From the human T2T-CHM13v2.0 reference genome, Homo sapiens: a stretch of 64,000 bases of DNA. The translations under genes and the position numbers were made by a program. Under the pieces are notes generated by a model. That model was not told where the DNA came from and did no database searches. It saw only the letters and a list, made by a program, of their open reading frames with translations. Each line of letters begins with the position of its first letter. Position 1 is the first letter of the stretch. Location of the stretch: assembly GCF_009914755.1 (NCBI RefSeq), contig NC_060944.1; one strand, 5' to 3'. Below, piece by piece: positions 58,851 to 64,000 of this stretch.

Positions 58851-61163
58851 TTATGGGTAGCTGCTGCTGGGAGCGTGGTTACGGGTGAGGAAACTGAGGC
58901 CCAGAGATGGGGAGTCACCTGCCCGAGGTTACGCAGCTCATAACGGGGACAGCAGGTTCCTGCATCCCCAGATTAGCAGGCCCCAGAGACCCTGTGTCCA
59001 ACCTGGAGCTGCCCATTTCCACGCTTGATGCCCCTGAGTCCTTCAGGCTAAAACCAGTATTTATTGAGAATGGAAGATGTGCCGGGCCCAGCAGCCGGCC
59101 GTTTATCTGTTATCCTCCCCGCAACTCAGCAAGTGCAATGGGTTCCTCTCCACTTTGCAGGTAGAGAAACTTAGACACAGAGCAGTTAGAGGCCCTAAAG
59201 TGACTCAGCTAGTAAGAAGCAGAGCTGGAGTTCAAACTCAGGTTTGTTTTTGTTTTTCTCAAAGCACGCCTGTGTAACCACTAAGCCGGCTAAACTTCCA
59301 TGTGGGGTTTTTAATCCCGTGAGCCTTCCCAGATGTGTAAAGATAGTCAGATAGAAGAAAAAGAAAATTGGAGAGGGGGAAGGAGATAACGGCTGATAAT
59401 TTGGGGAGCTTTACAGTGTGCTAGGTACAGCTGTAAGTTGTTTTGCGTGTATTGTTTATTTTATGTTCTTTGAGGGAGATACTGTTTTTATCCTTATTTA
59501 ACAATGAGAAAACAGGCGCGGAGGCAAAGCTAGCATTTAAACACAGGCATTCTGACTCCGGAGTCTGTGTTTTAAACTGCTATAGGGGGTCTTTGATGAG
59601 AATCTCTTGGCTGGAGGGATTTGCGTTCATTCCACTTTTAAGACCACATTAGAACTTCTTTGCTTTGCCCCTATCCAGTACCACATAGTCTATGCCATCT
59701 GTGCCTGGTGTAGGGTGACCCATTGCCCCCTTTTATATGAAATTGAGGGACTGCCAAAAATGGGAAAGCCCCAGCCAACTCAGGATGTGTTGCTCACCCT
59801 ACTATTCTGCCATCCAAAAATTCTTACTGTGTCCCAGAGTAGGGTCTAGGGCCATGGTGATTCAAAAAAGTATGAAACTTTGTGAGATTCACTTCACCTC
59901 TAGTTTGTTAAATTGGGCCCTCTGGTGTTAGGTATGGCCTTTAATTCCTTGGAAGATACTAGTTGTGGTTCACTCCGTTTTATAGGTATGGAAACTGAAG
60001 TGCAGAGAGGTGAAGTAAATGGTAGAAGAGGAAATGGCAGAAGAATGATTTGAACCTTGGATTTTGATTGCAAAATTTCTAATTACCAACTTTTTTTTTC
60101 CTTTCATTGATTCAGTAAATTTTCGGGGGCACGTAATATGGCGTAGTCTCAGTTTTAAGTGGAGACAACTGTGGTGACCAGTGAGAAAGCTCTTCTCCCC
60201 TTAATCTCATAGCCCCAAAGAACGTATGTTCCAGGGCAGAGCAGGCATTACTCAGATAGTCAGACAGAAAACTAGTTTCTCTGATGAGAACTGTGAAGGA
60301 AAAGTGCTTATGAAATGAGGGCCAAAATGAGGTCTGTTTTGAGATCAGAGAAGACTTTCCTGGGAAAGTGCCATTTAAGTTGAGATCTGTGAGATTATGT
60401 AAGGAAAGGAAGGGAGAGTTGGATAGGGAGCGAAGCATTCTAGAGAGGAGTATCTGCAGAGACTCTGAGTGCATTTAATACAAGGAAGGCCCGATGGCAG
60501 ATAATCAGGGGAAGAGAGTTTGAGCCATGATGGGAAAAGAACTTATAGAGGGGTAGGTGGTGGCCAAAATATAAAGGAGCTTCTTTAACTTTGGAGGCTT
60601 TAAGAGTCACATGATAGATGCAGTGTCCTCCTGTAGATGTTTCCAGTGTTAGGAACAATTCCCGATAGATTAGCTTGCATGTACACTTTTCCCCTTTGCC
60701 CTCACTAGGAGAAAACATATGTGTATGCCAGTGAGTGAGAGTGAAACAGAGAGAGATAGCCCTTTGAGTTTAATTAAAAGCAAATCGTACAATCTGGAGT
60801 ACTTTACGTTTGTAACACATCGTATCTCTCAACTGGTCATGACTTTGCTGGGGAGAGTGTTTAGATGAGATGATTCAGTCCTCTCCTCTCTAGAGTTCTG
60901 CCTTCTAAGATCCAGTTCTTGACCATAAGGAGATCTGCACTTTGATTTCTGTTCATTATCCTATATACAAATGTCCTTTCCTCAGAGAGGCTACCTTTGA
61001 CCTTTATCTAAAGAAGCCTCCTTCACTCCCCAGGCCCCCAAAACTTTCTACTCCTAAGCTGTTTTATTTTCATCATCACGTTTGTCACCATTGAACATTA
61101 TCTTGTTCATCTTGTTTTTTGCTCTCTTCCTCCACCAGGATGTATGCTTGCCATTTGTATTCA

Positions 61164-61464
<301 letters not shown>

Positions 61465-62220
61465 TCATACAGACTTGGTAGATATGTTTTTAAAAGTAAA
61501 AATAAAAGACTGAAATTGGCCAGAATTTATTTCTAGGGACCCAGCTGTCAGTGCAGACTCCGTGTAATACCTAGACTTGGTGTGAGGCATGACTGAGTAT
61601 GGTTCAGTTTCCTCCTCTAATCCCGTAAGATATTAGTTCTCAAGAAAAGAGCCCAGGGAATTTTAATTTTTACTTTGGATCCCGAGCAGGCATATTTCTC
61701 TTTGGCCTAGCAGAATTTCTTTCTAGATCTGGATCTGTTCTTTGTAATGATTTTTGATAAACAATATTCAGGATGTAAAATGCTTAGCTATCATTTGACT
61801 GACTCCATCATCAGGCTTTCTCCTACATGTTCATTTTATCAACCCTATAAGGTAGGAACTAGCCTCTCCATTTTACAGATGAGAAACCTGAGGTGGTTCC
61901 AAAGAATTGGGTAATTTGCCCAAGGTTCCTGTTTGCTTGGATTGGATTGCAGCCTGACTCTTCCCACCACTCTGTGTGCTGCCTCAGATACTATAGGATA
62001 TGAGTTCTTCCTAGAGTTCTTCTGACTTTGAGAGTAGCTACAGCTGGTTTCCCTGAAGGCAGGAGTTCCTAACCTTTTGGGGTTGTGGATCCCTTTGAGA
62101 ATCTGGTGAAAGCTATGAAGACCTTCCAGAAGGATGCACATACTATACATGCCATTTTGCATACAGTCTCTGGGTATATCGACCTGTCAATGTCCATTGA
62201 CCACCCCCACCCCCCAGTTA

Positions 62221-62583
<363 letters not shown>

Positions 62584-64000
62584 CTAGGACAGTGAGACTA
62601 AAACAGAAGCCTCTGTTAGCCATCAAAGGCACTGACATCTTACTGTCTGCTGTAAATGGCACTCCACTGGGCGGCATGCAGTATATTTGACTCACACATC
62701 AACTTTAGCCCTTAACCCCAGTGGGAAAACCACTGTAAAGATCTGGATACCAGGGGCCACATGTGTGCTGATGCCTGTGGTTTGGTGGGGCTACAACAGG
62801 AAATTCCTGCTTTGGAAAGACAGAAAGCAGATAGCCAAATTCTCTCTACCACATTTTGGAAACTATGTGTTTGAGTCTGATCAAGCATGATTTAGATTCA
62901 AATTCAGAAACCATGTATTAGCCTTAGTTATGTGCCAGGCAGTCCTGCACTGGATCCGTTCATGTGAATGGCTCTGTTGAGCCCTCACCAAGACAAATAC
63001 ATCTATAAATGCCTGTTGGGGGTTCAATATTTAAACAAAATGGCATATACTCTTCAGGCAAACAGGAACTCTTCAGAATTCTCTGCTGTCTATTTGCGTA
63101 GGGAATTGACAGTTCTCACTTAGGCAAAATGACTTGTGTGCCAAGATATAGACTTTGGTTTCTTGAGCGTAGCTCAGTGTTCCCCAACTTCCATATTCAT
63201 CAAAATTATGCATACGGTTGAACACTCAAAGCTAGACATAGTGTGATGTAAAGGATTTTTTCAGGCTATCTTCTGGGTTGTTGAGGTGGGGCATAATGCA
63301 TGTGAAATTGTTTCTTGGAATGAGAGCCTAACAAAGGGGAGGACTGTGTTATATTCCGACCACTGAGCTCTGTATTGCTTGACACTGCCTTTCAACCTCT
63401 GAGAAATAAAAGTTCACATACCTTAAGTCGATGGTCATGAGAGACCAGGTCAGGGATGGAGTGTGAATGTTGTGAGCTCATTACTGTTACTGCAAAAGAG
63501 CCAAAAGTAGTGTTTCAGTATGAACTATTTTTATACACACACAAATATCTTTTCTTCTTTAAACTAGAATCAGGTGCTCTGGTTTTCATTTTATAAATGG
63601 AAGGGAAACCCTAAGGAGAGTCTGGTTTTATGTTTTAGCTTTATTTTTTAAAAATATATGGTACCTCCTTGAGAATCTGATGAAAGCAGACATCCTGCTG
63701 CCTCTTCCAGATGTGCCTAAGCCTGTGTACACACTCACACACACACGTGCACACTCACAGAGACGCACGTTCACATTCAGTTACCGAGAACTCATGGACC
63801 TGTCTGACCTCTGAAGCCAGTCTGCCTGGGTTGAAATCAAGTTCCACCACCTACTGGCTCTGTGGCTTTGGCCATATTATATAAAGTGTACCTCAGTTTC
63901 TCAATCTGTAAAATAGTGCTGGTGATCCTCCCTAATAAGATGGATTGCAGGATTAGCAGAGATAATAAAGTACTTAGGAAGTTTTGGCACATAGTAAATT

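Overview
Human (or great-ape) genomic DNA that I recognise as the 20q13.2 CYP24A1-PFDN4 interval. The whole CYP24A1 gene (vitamin D 24-hydroxylase) is on the minus strand. I traced 11 coding exons with GT-AG boundaries whose lengths sum to 1545 nt (514 aa + stop). A non-coding exon 12 and a CpG-island promoter with two DR3 VDREs are also present. About 34 kb of repeat-rich intergenic DNA follows (Alu, L1, L2, MIR, MaLR LTRs, hAT elements), then the CpG-island promoter and first coding exon (MAATMKKA) of PFDN4 on the plus strand; PFDN4 exon 2 is not in the window. I found no new protein-coding gene or novel multi-gene system, and the other listed ORFs are repeat- or CpG-island-derived. The most unusual sequence-level signals are: (i) a 212-bp copy of the CYP24A1 3'UTR inserted just past the poly(A) site and joined by microhomology to a 29-bp fold-back hairpin; (ii) an LTR fragment carrying poly(A) and target-site duplication hallmarks of L1 retrotransposition; (iii) a MER85 piggyBac MITE downstream of CYP24A1; (iv) an Alu left arm broken by a microhomology-associated 53-bp duplication; (v) splice architecture allowing truncated, heme-less or circular CYP24A1 products. 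Repeat subfamily names come from my memory of consensus sequences and their boundaries are approximate.
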